From TPA_inf: Saccharomyces (lineage: Eukaryota), in NCBI GenBank assembly GCA_000146045.2, contig BK006944.2, forward strand, positions 544,001-608,000: DNA of 64,000 nt. Direction: 5' to 3'. Shown here piece after piece: positions 10,987 to 21,298 of the stretch. The translations under genes were made by a program, and so were the position numbers. Position 1 is the stretch's first letter; every line of letters starts with the position of its first letter. The notes beneath the pieces are model-generated. The model searched no databases. It saw only the letters and a list, made by a program, of their open reading frames with translations, and was not told where the DNA came from.

Positions 10987-12174
10987 ATGTCTGAAGGTAT
11001 TACTGATATTGAAGAATCCCAAATTCAAACCAACTATGACAAGGTTGTCTACAAGTTCGATGATATGGAATTGGACGAAAACTTGTTAAGAGGTGTTTTC
11101 GGTTACGGTTTCGAAGAACCATCTGCCATTCAACAACGTGCCATCATGCCTATTATTGAAGGTCACGATGTCTTGGCTCAAGCTCAATCTGGTACTGGTA
11201 AGACCGGTACCTTTTCCATTGCTGCTTTGCAAAGAATTGACACCTCTGTCAAGGCTCCTCAAGCTTTGATGTTGGCTCCAACTAGAGAATTGGCTTTGCA
11301 AATCCAAAAGGTTGTCATGGCTTTGGCTTTCCACATGGACATCAAGGTCCACGCTTGTATCGGTGGTACTTCCTTTGTTGAAGACGCTGAAGGTTTGAGA
11401 GATGCTCAAATCGTCGTTGGTACTCCAGGTCGTGTTTTTGACAACATCCAAAGACGTAGATTCAGAACTGACAAGATCAAGATGTTCATCTTAGATGAAG
11501 CTGATGAAATGTTGTCTTCTGGTTTCAAGGAACAAATCTACCAAATTTTCACCTTACTTCCACCAACCACTCAAGTTGTTCTATTGTCCGCCACCATGCC
11601 AAATGACGTCTTGGAAGTTACCACCAAATTTATGAGAAACCCAGTTAGAATTTTGGTTAAGAAGGATGAATTGACTTTGGAAGGTATCAAACAATTCTAC
11701 GTTAATGTTGAAGAAGAAGAATACAAATACGAGTGTTTGACCGATTTATACGACTCTATCTCCGTTACTCAAGCTGTCATCTTCTGTAACACCAGAAGAA
11801 AGGTCGAAGAATTGACCACTAAGTTAAGAAACGACAAATTTACCGTTTCTGCCATCTACTCTGATTTACCACAACAAGAAAGAGACACCATCATGAAGGA
11901 ATTCAGAAGTGGTTCTTCCAGAATTTTGATCTCCACTGATTTGTTGGCTAGAGGTATCGATGTCCAACAAGTTTCTTTGGTTATTAACTACGACTTACCA
12001 GCTAACAAAGAAAACTATATTCACAGAATCGGTAGAGGTGGTCGTTTCGGTAGAAAGGGTGTTGCCATCAACTTTGTTACTAACGAAGACGTTGGCGCTA
12101 TGAGAGAACTAGAAAAGTTCTACTCCACTCAAATTGAAGAATTGCCATCCGACATCGCTACTTTGTTGAACTAA
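10987..12174 (+). CDS. TIF1: Translation initiation factor eIF4A, DEAD-box helicase, 395 aa (YKR059W)
   Basis: [76 protein letters not shown] motifs. First real ATG at 10987; track start 10915 is TTG. Confidence 0.95.
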
Positions 12175-12517
12175 GGGAGACAAAAACTTCTTAAAAAAGT
12201 ATCTTGTGAGGCTATCTTGATAACGTAACATATATTTCTAAAAAGTTATATATGCTTTTTGTATTTAATTTGTTTTTCTTTTTACATTCCTATTATTCTT
12301 CAAAGTCCAAAAGACTCTCGGCACGAAGGTTGAAATACCCTATACTAATTGTTTGCTTTGTCTTTTTGTATATATCCGAACGTATCTATCTGAAATTTTT
12401 CAAATTTATAAAAAATAATATATATAAAAGGAAAAAAAAAAAAATCGATGCCCTACTAATAGAGATTGGAGCTGAAAAGAAAAAGTGTACATCAAACGCT
12501 ATATCTCGAGGTTTGGG

Positions 12518-13342
12518 ATGGTTGAGTCAAATGATATTATAAAAAGTGGGCTGGCAGAGAAAGCACTAAAGGCTCTAATTTTACAATGTGAAGAGAACCC
12601 ATCTTTAAAAAATGATAAGGACATACACATAATCATCAACACGGGCAAAAAAATGGGCATAAACAGGGACAACATCCCCCGTATTATTCCATTAACAAAG
12701 TACAAGCTATTTAAACCAAGGGACCTAAACATATTACTCATTACCAAGGATCCCTCTGCCTTGTATAGAGAAACTTTGACGAAAGACGAGCATACGTCGG
12801 AATTATTCAAGGAAATTATAAGTGTCAAGAACTTGAGACGTAGATTCAAAGGGAGTAAACTGACCCAACTTTATAAAGATTTTGACTTGGTCGTTGCCGA
12901 TTACAGAGTTCACCACTTACTTCCGGAGGTTCTTGGTAGCAGATTTTATCACGGTAGTAAAAAATTGCCATACATGATCCGCATGTCGAAAGAAGTAAAA
13001 TTGAAGCGTCAACAAATGGTCGAAAAATGTGACCCCATTTACGTGAGAGCACAATTGAGAAGTATATGTAAGAATACCTCATACATTCCCAATAATGACA
13101 ACTGCTTAAGCGTCAGGGTCGGTTATATTCAAAAACACTCCATACCAGAAATTTTGCAAAACATCCAAGATACAATAAACTTTCTCACTGATAAAAGTAA
13201 GAGACCGCAAGGCGGCGTCATTAAAGGAGGAATAATATCTATATTTGTCAAGACCAGTAACAGTACTAGTTTGCCTATATATCAGTTTTCAGAGGCTAGA
13301 GAAAATCAGAAAAATGAAGATCTGAGTGATATTAAATTGTAA
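12518..13342 (+). CDS. UTP30: SSU processome / ribosome biogenesis protein, ribosomal L1-like fold (YKR060W)
   Basis: 274-aa ORF from the first real ATG (track start 12485 is GTG). Sequence MVESNDIIKSGLAEKALKAL recognised. RRPE-like motif in the promoter. Confidence 0.8.
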   Translation: MVESNDIIKSGLAEKALKALILQCEENPSLKNDKDIHIIINTGKKMGINRDNIPRIIPLTKYKLFKPRDLNILLITKDPSALYRETLTKDEHTSELFKEIISVKNLRRRFKGSKLTQLYKDFDLVVADYRVHHLLPEVLGSRFYHGSKKLPYMIRMSKEVKLKRQQMVEKCDPIYVRAQLRSICKNTSYIPNNDNCLSVRVGYIQKHSIPEILQNIQDTINFLTDKSKRPQGGVIKGGIISIFVKTSNSTSLPIYQFSEARENQKNEDLSDIKL

Positions 13343-13487
13343 AATTAAAGCATCATCTTTTAAATACGGTATTTAAACACTCCCAATGAAAAAGCGTGAT
13401 TTTGTCTAACTAATTATAGCATTAATAAAGTGTTTTAAACTTTAATTCCTTTCAAGAATTTGCAAGATTATAGAAATTTAGTAAGCG

Positions 13488-13509
13488 AAAAAAAAAAAGA
13501 AAAAAAAAA
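13488..13509 (+). repeat. Poly(dA) tract A11-G-A10 in the UTP30-KTR2 intergenic region
   Basis: aaaaaaaaaaagaaaaaaaaaa read directly. Also A13 at 12432..12444, A13 at 37079..37091, T8-a-T10 at 32088..32106. Confidence 0.9.
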
Positions 13510-13676
13510 GAACAGACACCCTATAAAAATAGAATAAACATAATAAGCCACCATTTGCCTGTCTGATGATATTCTTGATTCTTTATATCTCTTCAGGTAT
13601 GTGACACCTATACATGCAACGCTTTTTTTGCGTTTTTTCTATACAATAGTTGTTTATTTAAAAGCGTAGGAGCTTC

Positions 13677-14954
13677 ATGCAAATCTGCAAGGTATTTCTT
13701 ACACAGGTTAAAAAACTACTTTTTGTTAGTCTTCTATTTTGCTTGATAGCTCAAACATGTTGGCTTGCACTTGTACCATATCAGAGACAGCTGAGCCTAG
13801 ATTCGTATTTTTTTAGAAGATCTCGAGAAGTTTCATCGAGATATGATTTTACAAGGAGGCGACATATGAATCAGACGCTGAAGCTATCTAGCAACACTTA
13901 TAATGATGAACCACTAAACAAGACCAAGGGAATAAAAAATCAAAGAGAAAATGCTACATTGTTAATGCTTGTGCGTAATTGGGAACTTTCGGGGGCACTC
14001 CGTTCCATGAGATCACTAGAAGACCGTTTCAATAAAAACTACCAGTATGACTGGACATTTCTTAATGATGTCCCATTTGATCAAGAGTTCATCGAAGCCA
14101 CCACAGCCATGGCTAGTGGTAGAACGCAATACGCTTTAATCCCTGCGGAGGACTGGAACAGGCCATCTTGGATCAACGAAACTCTATTTGAAGAGGCTTT
14201 ACAATTAATGGAGGAAAAAAATATCTTGTACGGTGGGTCAAAGTCATATAGAAATATGTGCCGATTTAATTCTGGATTTTTCTTTAGACAAAAGATATTA
14301 GATCCGTACGATTTTTATTTCAGAGTTGAGCCAGATGTAGAGTATTTTTGCGATTTTCCCTACGATCCATTCAAGGTGATGAGGCAGAACAATAAGAAAT
14401 ATGGCTTTGTGATAACTATGTATGAATACGAAGATACAATTCCGAGCCTATGGGAAGCTGTAGAAGAATATCTCGAAGAAACAGAGTCAGCAGATATTGA
14501 CATGGAAAGCAACGCTTTCGGGTTCGTATCAAATTTCGACTTCATCGGTAAATCTTTTGGTGTCATCGATAGTAACAGCGGCTATAATTTATGTCATTTT
14601 TGGACAAATTTTGAAATTGGCGATTTGAACTTTTTCAGAAGTGAGAAATACATTAGATTTTTCGAGTACTTGGATTCAAAGGGCGGTTTTTACTATGAAA
14701 GGTGGGGAGATGCACCAGTTCATTCGATTGCTGCCTCACTTCTTTTGAAAAAAGACGAAATCATCCATTTTGATGAATTAGGCTATAAGCATATGCCTTT
14801 TGGCACGTGTCCATCTGCATACTACCTGAGACTTCAACAAAGATGTCTTTGTGATAGCAATCACCCAGACAATATTGATCTCAATGTCATCAGCTGCCTG
14901 AGAAGATGGTGGAAGGACGGCAGCGGTAAATACTTCCTCAAACACGATTCATAG
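13677..14954 (+). CDS. KTR2: Golgi alpha-1,2-mannosyltransferase of the KRE2/MNT1 family, type II membrane protein (YKR061W)
   Basis: 425-aa ORF. N-terminal signal-anchor (LLFVSLLFCLIAQTCWLALV). Conserved KTR-family catalytic core (YDWTFLNDVPF, HFWTNFEIGD). Confidence 0.9.
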   Translation: MQICKVFLTQVKKLLFVSLLFCLIAQTCWLALVPYQRQLSLDSYFFRRSREVSSRYDFTRRRHMNQTLKLSSNTYNDEPLNKTKGIKNQRENATLLMLVRNWELSGALRSMRSLEDRFNKNYQYDWTFLNDVPFDQEFIEATTAMASGRTQYALIPAEDWNRPSWINETLFEEALQLMEEKNILYGGSKSYRNMCRFNSGFFFRQKILDPYDFYFRVEPDVEYFCDFPYDPFKVMRQNNKKYGFVITMYEYEDTIPSLWEAVEEYLEETESADIDMESNAFGFVSNFDFIGKSFGVIDSNSGYNLCHFWTNFEIGDLNFFRSEKYIRFFEYLDSKGGFYYERWGDAPVHSIAASLLLKKDEIIHFDELGYKHMPFGTCPSAYYLRLQQRCLCDSNHPDNIDLNVISCLRRWWKDGSGKYFLKHDS

Positions 14955-15016
14955 CGAGAAAAGCGTGTATCCGCATACTATAAATACGTATATATAACAA
15001 AGTAACCATCAAGAAA

Positions 15017-15367
15017 GATGTTCCATACCTCAGGTCATCACCATTTCATGGGTCGCTTAACCGAAAATATCAGAAGCAACCTCTAACGGCGATGGTTTTA
15101 AAGATGGATTACCTCAGCACCAACAGTTACACTATTCGGAACCGAAGATTTATCTACGATACTCATTATCCTTTCTCTATCTCACCCTGAAATAATTTAT
15201 TAAAAATAAACTATGCCAAAGAAGAGAAAAGAGAAAAATTTAAAAAAAACGAGAGCCATTGCAACAGTTTTGGAAGTAAGAATAGGTTGAAAATTAGTCA
15301 AAAAGACAAATCCGGCTCCTATAAACCATCAAACAATAGGCTCCCTAAAGCATCACAAATTGTTATG
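15017..15367 (-). ncRNA. Candidate H/ACA box snoRNA in the KTR2-TFA2 gap (possibly snR42; boundaries approximate)
   Basis: 711-bp gap with no ORF over 60 codons on the sense strands. The minus-strand transcript would end ...AACAUCU (ACA three nt from a 3' end near 15016). It contains a two-stem, internal-loop hairpin: GGUUGCUU/AAGCGACC upper stem, CAUCGCC/GGUGAUG lower stem. My unverified recollection is that snR42 maps near chrXI:559017..559367 (Crick strand), which falls in this gap on my coordinate estimate. Confidence 0.3.
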
Positions 15368-15665
15368 CTTTCTTTTAAGAGAAATGTTTTTTAAAGCATC
15401 AAAGGTCCAGGGCAAGAAAAATTCTTTCTGGTAGCAAATGCTATAGTTCACGGCTTTTATAGTCAAAATGTTATATGCGAGAAGAAAAAGAAAAGCGCGA
15501 GCTTACTTCGGGTAAGAAGTTCACTTACGAATCAGGGCAAAAGAGCTAATAAGAAGTGAACTAGTTACATAACCGTGTGCTCTGTAGAACACGAGAAAGC
15601 TGTTACACAGAACTGTTTTATACCAAGTAGTTCGTTCGATTTGGAAAAGAGAGTAGTCTTTTGCG

Positions 15666-16652
15666 ATGAGTAAAAACAGGGACCCTCTACTGGCTAATTT
15701 GAACGCTTTCAAAAGCAAAGTGAAGTCTGCCCCGGTGATCGCACCCGCTAAAGTTGGACAGAAGAAGACCAATGACACAGTGATTACTATAGATGGAAAC
15801 ACTAGGAAGAGGACGGCCTCCGAACGTGCGCAAGAAAACACTTTGAACTCTGCGAAAAATCCTGTGTTAGTGGATATCAAGAAAGAAGCTGGGAGCAATA
15901 GCTCTAATGCTATTTCATTAGATGACGACGATGACGACGAAGATTTTGGTAGCTCTCCTTCAAAAAAAGTAAGGCCTGGCTCTATTGCTGCAGCCGCTTT
16001 ACAAGCAAATCAAACAGATATTTCCAAGAGTCACGATTCTTCAAAGTTGCTTTGGGCGACTGAATACATTCAAAAGAAAGGTAAGCCCGTTTTGGTGAAT
16101 GAGTTATTGGACTACTTGTCAATGAAAAAAGATGACAAGGTTATTGAGCTTTTAAAAAAATTAGATAGAATAGAGTTTGACCCCAAGAAGGGGACTTTCA
16201 AATACCTTTCCACCTACGATGTCCATTCCCCTTCGGAACTGCTGAAGTTGTTACGTTCACAAGTAACATTCAAAGGTATTTCCTGCAAAGACTTGAAAGA
16301 CGGTTGGCCACAATGCGATGAAACGATTAACCAACTGGAGGAAGACAGCAAAATTTTGGTGTTAAGAACTAAAAAGGATAAAACTCCAAGATACGTTTGG
16401 TATAACAGCGGTGGTAACTTGAAATGTATTGACGAGGAGTTTGTTAAAATGTGGGAAAATGTGCAATTACCGCAATTTGCAGAATTGCCAAGAAAGCTGC
16501 AAGATTTAGGTCTAAAGCCTGCTAGTGTCGATCCTGCTACTATCAAAAGACAAACAAAGAGAGTTGAAGTTAAAAAGAAGAGACAAAGAAAGGGTAAGAT
16601 TACTAACACTCATATGACCGGTATCTTGAAAGATTATTCCCATAGAGTATGA
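15666..16652 (+). CDS. TFA2: TFIIE small (beta) subunit, 328 aa (YKR062W)
   Basis: MSKNRDPLLANLNAFKSKVKS..., acidic DDDDDDEDF stretch, winged-helix region, basic C-terminus. Full match to my memory of Tfa2. Confidence 0.9.
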   Translation: MSKNRDPLLANLNAFKSKVKSAPVIAPAKVGQKKTNDTVITIDGNTRKRTASERAQENTLNSAKNPVLVDIKKEAGSNSSNAISLDDDDDDEDFGSSPSKKVRPGSIAAAALQANQTDISKSHDSSKLLWATEYIQKKGKPVLVNELLDYLSMKKDDKVIELLKKLDRIEFDPKKGTFKYLSTYDVHSPSELLKLLRSQVTFKGISCKDLKDGWPQCDETINQLEEDSKILVLRTKKDKTPRYVWYNSGGNLKCIDEEFVKMWENVQLPQFAELPRKLQDLGLKPASVDPATIKRQTKRVEVKKKRQRKGKITNTHMTGILKDYSHRV

Positions 16653-16788
16653 GGTTGTTTTGATTAAATCATTTTCGTTTGCATATTAGGTTAAAGAGAC
16701 TGTGATTATATATACATGCACGTTAGGGTGCAGCATACAACTCAGCTTTATAGTCTACAACGTATTTATAACGAGCATTGGAAACAGG

Positions 16789-18297
16789 TTACAGGACACC
16801 AAAGGGTTTGGGTTTCCAATTTTGAACCCTTGACCAATTTTTTACTGGTGTAGCTCTGTTCTCCTCTTGTTTATTTTTTTTACCTACTGTTCCGAAACTG
16901 CTCATTCTCTGTTTCAAAGACGCCAAATCGCCTAGTATATCATTGGTATCAGCCTTTAATGCCGGACTCACTTCCTTCTTCAATGGAACGGAATCTTTTT
17001 CCGCAGGAATAAAATCATACAGCTTTATTTCACCTTCATTAAACCTTAATGATAAATTGTCTATGTTTTCCTTCAGTTTTGCCTCGATTTCCACTGTGCT
17101 ATCAATTTGTTTTCTCCGTTTTTTGTTTCTCCATGAGTTACCAGTAATTTTTTCAGTCTCTAGTTTGGCCAGCATAGATTGGCAAAAATACAATATCAAG
17201 TATGACGCATTTTCATCAATAAGTTTCTCCCAATTTTGCCATTTATTTTTAAAATTTTTATTGTTAAGGTTATTTATAATAACATCTAACAGCCTTTTTT
17301 GTAGTTCTTTCCAGGCATTGAATTTCCTTTTTAAAATTGTCGTTATATTACTATCATCTTGTTGGGTTCTGTAATTCCTAGCTACCCACTCAATGACCTT
17401 CCAATCAAAATTGTTCAAATTAAGCATTAAAACTTTGAGTAAAAGTGGGTCATAATTGTTAAAAAATTTCTCAAGAACCACATTGTGATAAATGGATAAT
17501 TTCCAAAGTTCTTGCCATTGACGCAAATTTTCCCTGATCATAGTTTCTGATGAACTTGCGTGTGAACTTTTCCTCTTTTCGGCATCATAGTTCACCAAAT
17601 TATCCCCAGAAAAGTTACTACTTGTAATTAAACTATCGTTTGCATTCTCCCACACCCATTTGTATTCCAGAAACTCGTTTCTAAGTCGCTTCCATTTATC
17701 AAGTGTTTTAGTTAATGACTCCATATATTTCTCCAGTTTATCATTTCTTCTGTATCCGTAACCGGTATCATCATCATCGTCATCATCATCCCTGTCATCT
17801 TCTAATTCCTCATCGTTCCAGTAGTGATCATATAGCCAAGATAACGCTTCATTGGCGGCCCAACGAAGCATTTCTAATCCAGGTAAATCTCTCTCATGTG
17901 TACCCCAGTGTCTCAAATCAACAAACCAGGACGGCAGTCCAATTTTAGCAGCTAATGTGTGTAAGGGAATAGCGAACTGAGATTGTTGCGTTGGATCCAA
18001 TAAGCCATTGACAAACCGAATCAAAGCCATTACATACGATAACCGGATAGGAATAGAATCCTGATGTACTCCTAAACACGCTTCCTTTTCGTCTAGCAAT
18101 ACCGCACATGTTATTTGTGCTGTAGAGTCCACCACGTGAGGTAAATATTGGGAACCCTTTAGTCGGTAGCTCTGTACTCTTTGCACTGCACGCTGTCGCT
18201 TATCTTCAATGGTTCCTTTGCTTTTCGGGTAAAACCAAAGTTTCAGCTCCTCTAGTTCAGCAAAATCCCTCCATGGAACGATTCGTGGTGGTATCAT
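16789..18297 (-). CDS. LAS1: Las1, endonuclease for ITS2 pre-rRNA processing, 502 aa (YKR063C)
   Basis: MIPPRIVPWRDFAELEELKLWFYP..., conserved LAS1 N-terminal domain (RLSYVMALIRFVNGLLD) with HEPN-like RxxxxH region. PAC motif 93 bp upstream. Confidence 0.9.
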   Translation of the reverse strand: MIPPRIVPWRDFAELEELKLWFYPKSKGTIEDKRQRAVQRVQSYRLKGSQYLPHVVDSTAQITCAVLLDEKEACLGVHQDSIPIRLSYVMALIRFVNGLLDPTQQSQFAIPLHTLAAKIGLPSWFVDLRHWGTHERDLPGLEMLRWAANEALSWLYDHYWNDEELEDDRDDDDDDDDTGYGYRRNDKLEKYMESLTKTLDKWKRLRNEFLEYKWVWENANDSLITSSNFSGDNLVNYDAEKRKSSHASSSETMIRENLRQWQELWKLSIYHNVVLEKFFNNYDPLLLKVLMLNLNNFDWKVIEWVARNYRTQQDDSNITTILKRKFNAWKELQKRLLDVIINNLNNKNFKNKWQNWEKLIDENASYLILYFCQSMLAKLETEKITGNSWRNKKRRKQIDSTVEIEAKLKENIDNLSLRFNEGEIKLYDFIPAEKDSVPLKKEVSPALKADTNDILGDLASLKQRMSSFGTVGKKNKQEENRATPVKNWSRVQNWKPKPFGVL

Positions 18298-18389
18298 TAG
18301 ATTGCCCTTTTTTCATTGCTTTCTAGAAATGACTTTTGTTTAAGCTAATTTAGGCATTCTTAGGTATTTTTTTCACTCTTTCTGCGACT

Positions 18390-18397
18390 GCGATGAG
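18390..18397. promoter_or_regulatory. PAC motif GCGATGAG in LAS1 promoter
   Basis: Exact match to the PAC (Dot6/Tod6) ribosome-biogenesis motif, about 93-100 bp upstream of the LAS1 ATG (18297, minus strand). Confidence 0.6.
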
Positions 18398-18546
18398 CTT
18401 ATTAATCTTTCACATTCGGGTAATTTTTTGCATAACAATAAGTCATGAATTTATTGTTGCGATTTTGCAGTGTTATGAGTCTATGAAGAGAAGAAAGAAA
18501 CTAGAAACCAATTGATACCAGACTTTAGTTGACAACTGATCTCATA

Positions 18547-21138
18547 ATGGGATATGACTCCCAAGTTAGGACAAAAAAACGACATCGAATTACTGTAGTA
18601 TGCACAAATTGCAAAAAAAGGAAAAGTAAGTGCGATCGAACGAAACCATGTGGAACATGTGTACGACTGGGAGATGTGGACAGCTGTGTCTATCTCACCG
18701 ATAGCTCTGGACAACCTGAAAGCAGTCCTTCATTGAATGATGCTGACCCTCTGAGGAAACAATCAACTCCTGCGGAACGAATAAGTCCAGGTTTCATTAA
18801 GAAAAGAAGATCGTCACAGACAAGACAAGACGAAGATCACTGGCAAAGAGTACGAGAACTTGAAAATCAATCATCACTTTATTATCTACCAATTCATGAA
18901 GAAACTCCATTTTTTATTGACCTCATCCCTAATGGGTTTTATTTAGAGACCAAAAGGTCTGCTGATAATTTATTTGGTCTGTTCACGGATAGAGCAATTG
19001 AAAATCGCGACCCCTATCTCCAAGCAATGGTAACATTTAGAAGTATCGCAATCAAAAAAATGATGGATAAATTGGGAAGCAACGGCAATAATGTGAAAAA
19101 TGGAAGCTTGCCTAAATCTTTCGAAGCTTTATCCACTTTCGATGCTGATGACGAACGCCACATTAGCGATGATGTTGTTGGTAAGGGCAATAACTTCCGC
19201 ATGCATCAGACTATTCACAAATCATTGTTTAACAAATTCGCTCAATACAGAGAAAATAATGCTAAAAAATTCAGCTCAGAAACTATATTAGCAAAGGATT
19301 ATTTGCCTCCTTTAAAAATACTTGAAAGTGAGGTTTTAGCACTTTTTGAAGAAAAAATTTACAATATGATACCGATTTTCGATATGAAAGTTTTGCGTCA
19401 TGAAATAACGATATTTTATCAAAATATAGTCGAGAAAGGGAATCCAATTTCTATAAAACACTACGATCATATGGTTTTCTGCATAATCTTGTTGATTATT
19501 AAAATATGCCGACTTTCTGTCCAGTTTTCGAAGCTAACTCCATATATATACCCGGTTCTTCAAGAAATTGATACCTCTAAGTTTTTGGCTCTTGTTAAAC
19601 ACTATTTGTTCGAGACGAAGGTCCTCAGAAAATGTAATTTATTACAGTTGCAATGTCTCATATTACTAAGGTTCTTGCACTGGTGTGCCCCTGAAGATGG
19701 CGATGGACCCGAAACTCAATATTGTCAAATCTTAATGGGGACAATAATATCATCATGTAAAGAAATGGGCATTAACTGGTATTGCTTCTCTCATCCAGAA
19801 AAATATTCATTTAAAATAAACCGACATACGAGGCCTTCATACGATATAATGAAACCTAGCGATTACATTTCAGTTTTCAGAAAGATATGGAGTTATGTTT
19901 TATTTTGGGACAGGAAGATGTGTTTTATTAGCGGTGAAGAATGTCAAATTGGGAAAACCTTGCAGTGCCATTTCAAAGAAGAAGCAGATACACCCACATG
20001 GTATATACGAATGTTAACCCTGGATAACTTGATGAAAAAGATAAACGATACGTTGAACGATGATCCAGGAAAGGTAGATTTGAACTTGTTGCACCGACTA
20101 ATAAATGATTTAAAAAGAAACTTTCATATTTTAAAAAGCCTGTCGAAAAACGAAAAAGAAACAATGCGTCATTTTGATTTCGAAATGGAATGGATAATAG
20201 ATTTATTCTCACTAAGTTTGCTGCACGGAGAAATGATCTTTTATGAATATGACTGCAATATTACAAAATTTTATAAGAGTTTCCAAGATTTGTGGGATAT
20301 GGTCATTCATATCTCAGAGAAGTGCTACAATTACTTTTTTAACAGTGATGCCTTAGAGGTGGATTCATTGACAAAGTTTTATACCAATAGAATCGTGGAA
20401 ATTGTCGCAAACAAAGTTTTGGTCATTGTTCCGGCATTCATTCTCAGAGGAGACCGCTTCAAAACAATTCAGTACGCCGACAAGAAGAAAATGATAGAAT
20501 TTCTTTACGGGGTCTCGTCTGTGTATTTTAACGAATTTGGCTTTGAGTACTATCGTTGTTTTAGAAAAATGTTCACCGCTAAAATTGCCTACAAGATCTT
20601 GAATCGCTCATGTGAAAAAGATGCATGGAGAATTATTTTAAAATTTTTGCTGAATGAATTGAAACTAGAAGATAACGGTGATAGTTATATAGATTACAAC
20701 GATATGAGATTAAATGACATCTGTCCAATAATACTAGAATTTCAGGAGACAGTACAAAAATATGATGGGTATAGGCCAGATATTCTAAGTATATGGAACA
20801 ATGAGTTTTATCCCATAGGTAAATACAACGATGATATGACAGGATTTAAGTTTCAAATGCGCATAAAGGAAATGCAAGAATTCTTGGATATGGAGAAATA
20901 TTCCGACAGGTTTAATATTTTTTCATCCTTTTATGATCACGCCAGTTCACAATTAGCTAAACATACTGAAGTTGATACCAACATAAGCATTACGAATGAA
21001 CAAGTAGCTGAAATTCCGCAAAAAGAACTACTACAACAACCTTTAGCACCCGCTTTGCCTGTTAATGATTTAATTGTCTCAGAGTTTGACGTGATTGAAG
21101 ATATTTTTGATCCTGTGGATTTCGTATCATTTTTTTAA
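18547..21138 (+). CDS. OAF3: Zn2Cys6 binuclear-cluster transcription factor, 863 aa (YKR064W)
   Basis: CTNCKKRKSKCDRTKPCGTCVRLGDVDSC zinc cluster at the N-terminus. First real ATG at 18547 (track start is TTG). Confidence 0.85.
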   Translation: MGYDSQVRTKKRHRITVVCTNCKKRKSKCDRTKPCGTCVRLGDVDSCVYLTDSSGQPESSPSLNDADPLRKQSTPAERISPGFIKKRRSSQTRQDEDHWQRVRELENQSSLYYLPIHEETPFFIDLIPNGFYLETKRSADNLFGLFTDRAIENRDPYLQAMVTFRSIAIKKMMDKLGSNGNNVKNGSLPKSFEALSTFDADDERHISDDVVGKGNNFRMHQTIHKSLFNKFAQYRENNAKKFSSETILAKDYLPPLKILESEVLALFEEKIYNMIPIFDMKVLRHEITIFYQNIVEKGNPISIKHYDHMVFCIILLIIKICRLSVQFSKLTPYIYPVLQEIDTSKFLALVKHYLFETKVLRKCNLLQLQCLILLRFLHWCAPEDGDGPETQYCQILMGTIISSCKEMGINWYCFSHPEKYSFKINRHTRPSYDIMKPSDYISVFRKIWSYVLFWDRKMCFISGEECQIGKTLQCHFKEEADTPTWYIRMLTLDNLMKKINDTLNDDPGKVDLNLLHRLINDLKRNFHILKSLSKNEKETMRHFDFEMEWIIDLFSLSLLHGEMIFYEYDCNITKFYKSFQDLWDMVIHISEKCYNYFFNSDALEVDSLTKFYTNRIVEIVANKVLVIVPAFILRGDRFKTIQYADKKKMIEFLYGVSSVYFNEFGFEYYRCFRKMFTAKIAYKILNRSCEKDAWRIILKFLLNELKLEDNGDSYIDYNDMRLNDICPIILEFQETVQKYDGYRPDILSIWNNEFYPIGKYNDDMTGFKFQMRIKEMQEFLDMEKYSDRFNIFSSFYDHASSQLAKHTEVDTNISITNEQVAEIPQKELLQQPLAPALPVNDLIVSEFDVIEDIFDPVDFVSFF

Positions 21139-21298
21139 AGTCAGAGATAAAAGAGACGTATAGGACATATACAATATTCATACCTTTCACTTCCTCCCTA
21201 TTTCATTCGAATTATTTAGTAGCGTTATATATCGCACTACTTTATTCATATATGTATATATACAGAGTCTGAGAAGAAGGAAAAGATCACACGTTCAA

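Noticed and set aside
15521-15898. 125-aa minus-strand ORF spanning the TFA2 start region
   Set aside because: It overlaps the TFA2 promoter and the first 77 codons antisense. Its composition is low-complexity hydrophobic. It is most likely a dubious ORF.
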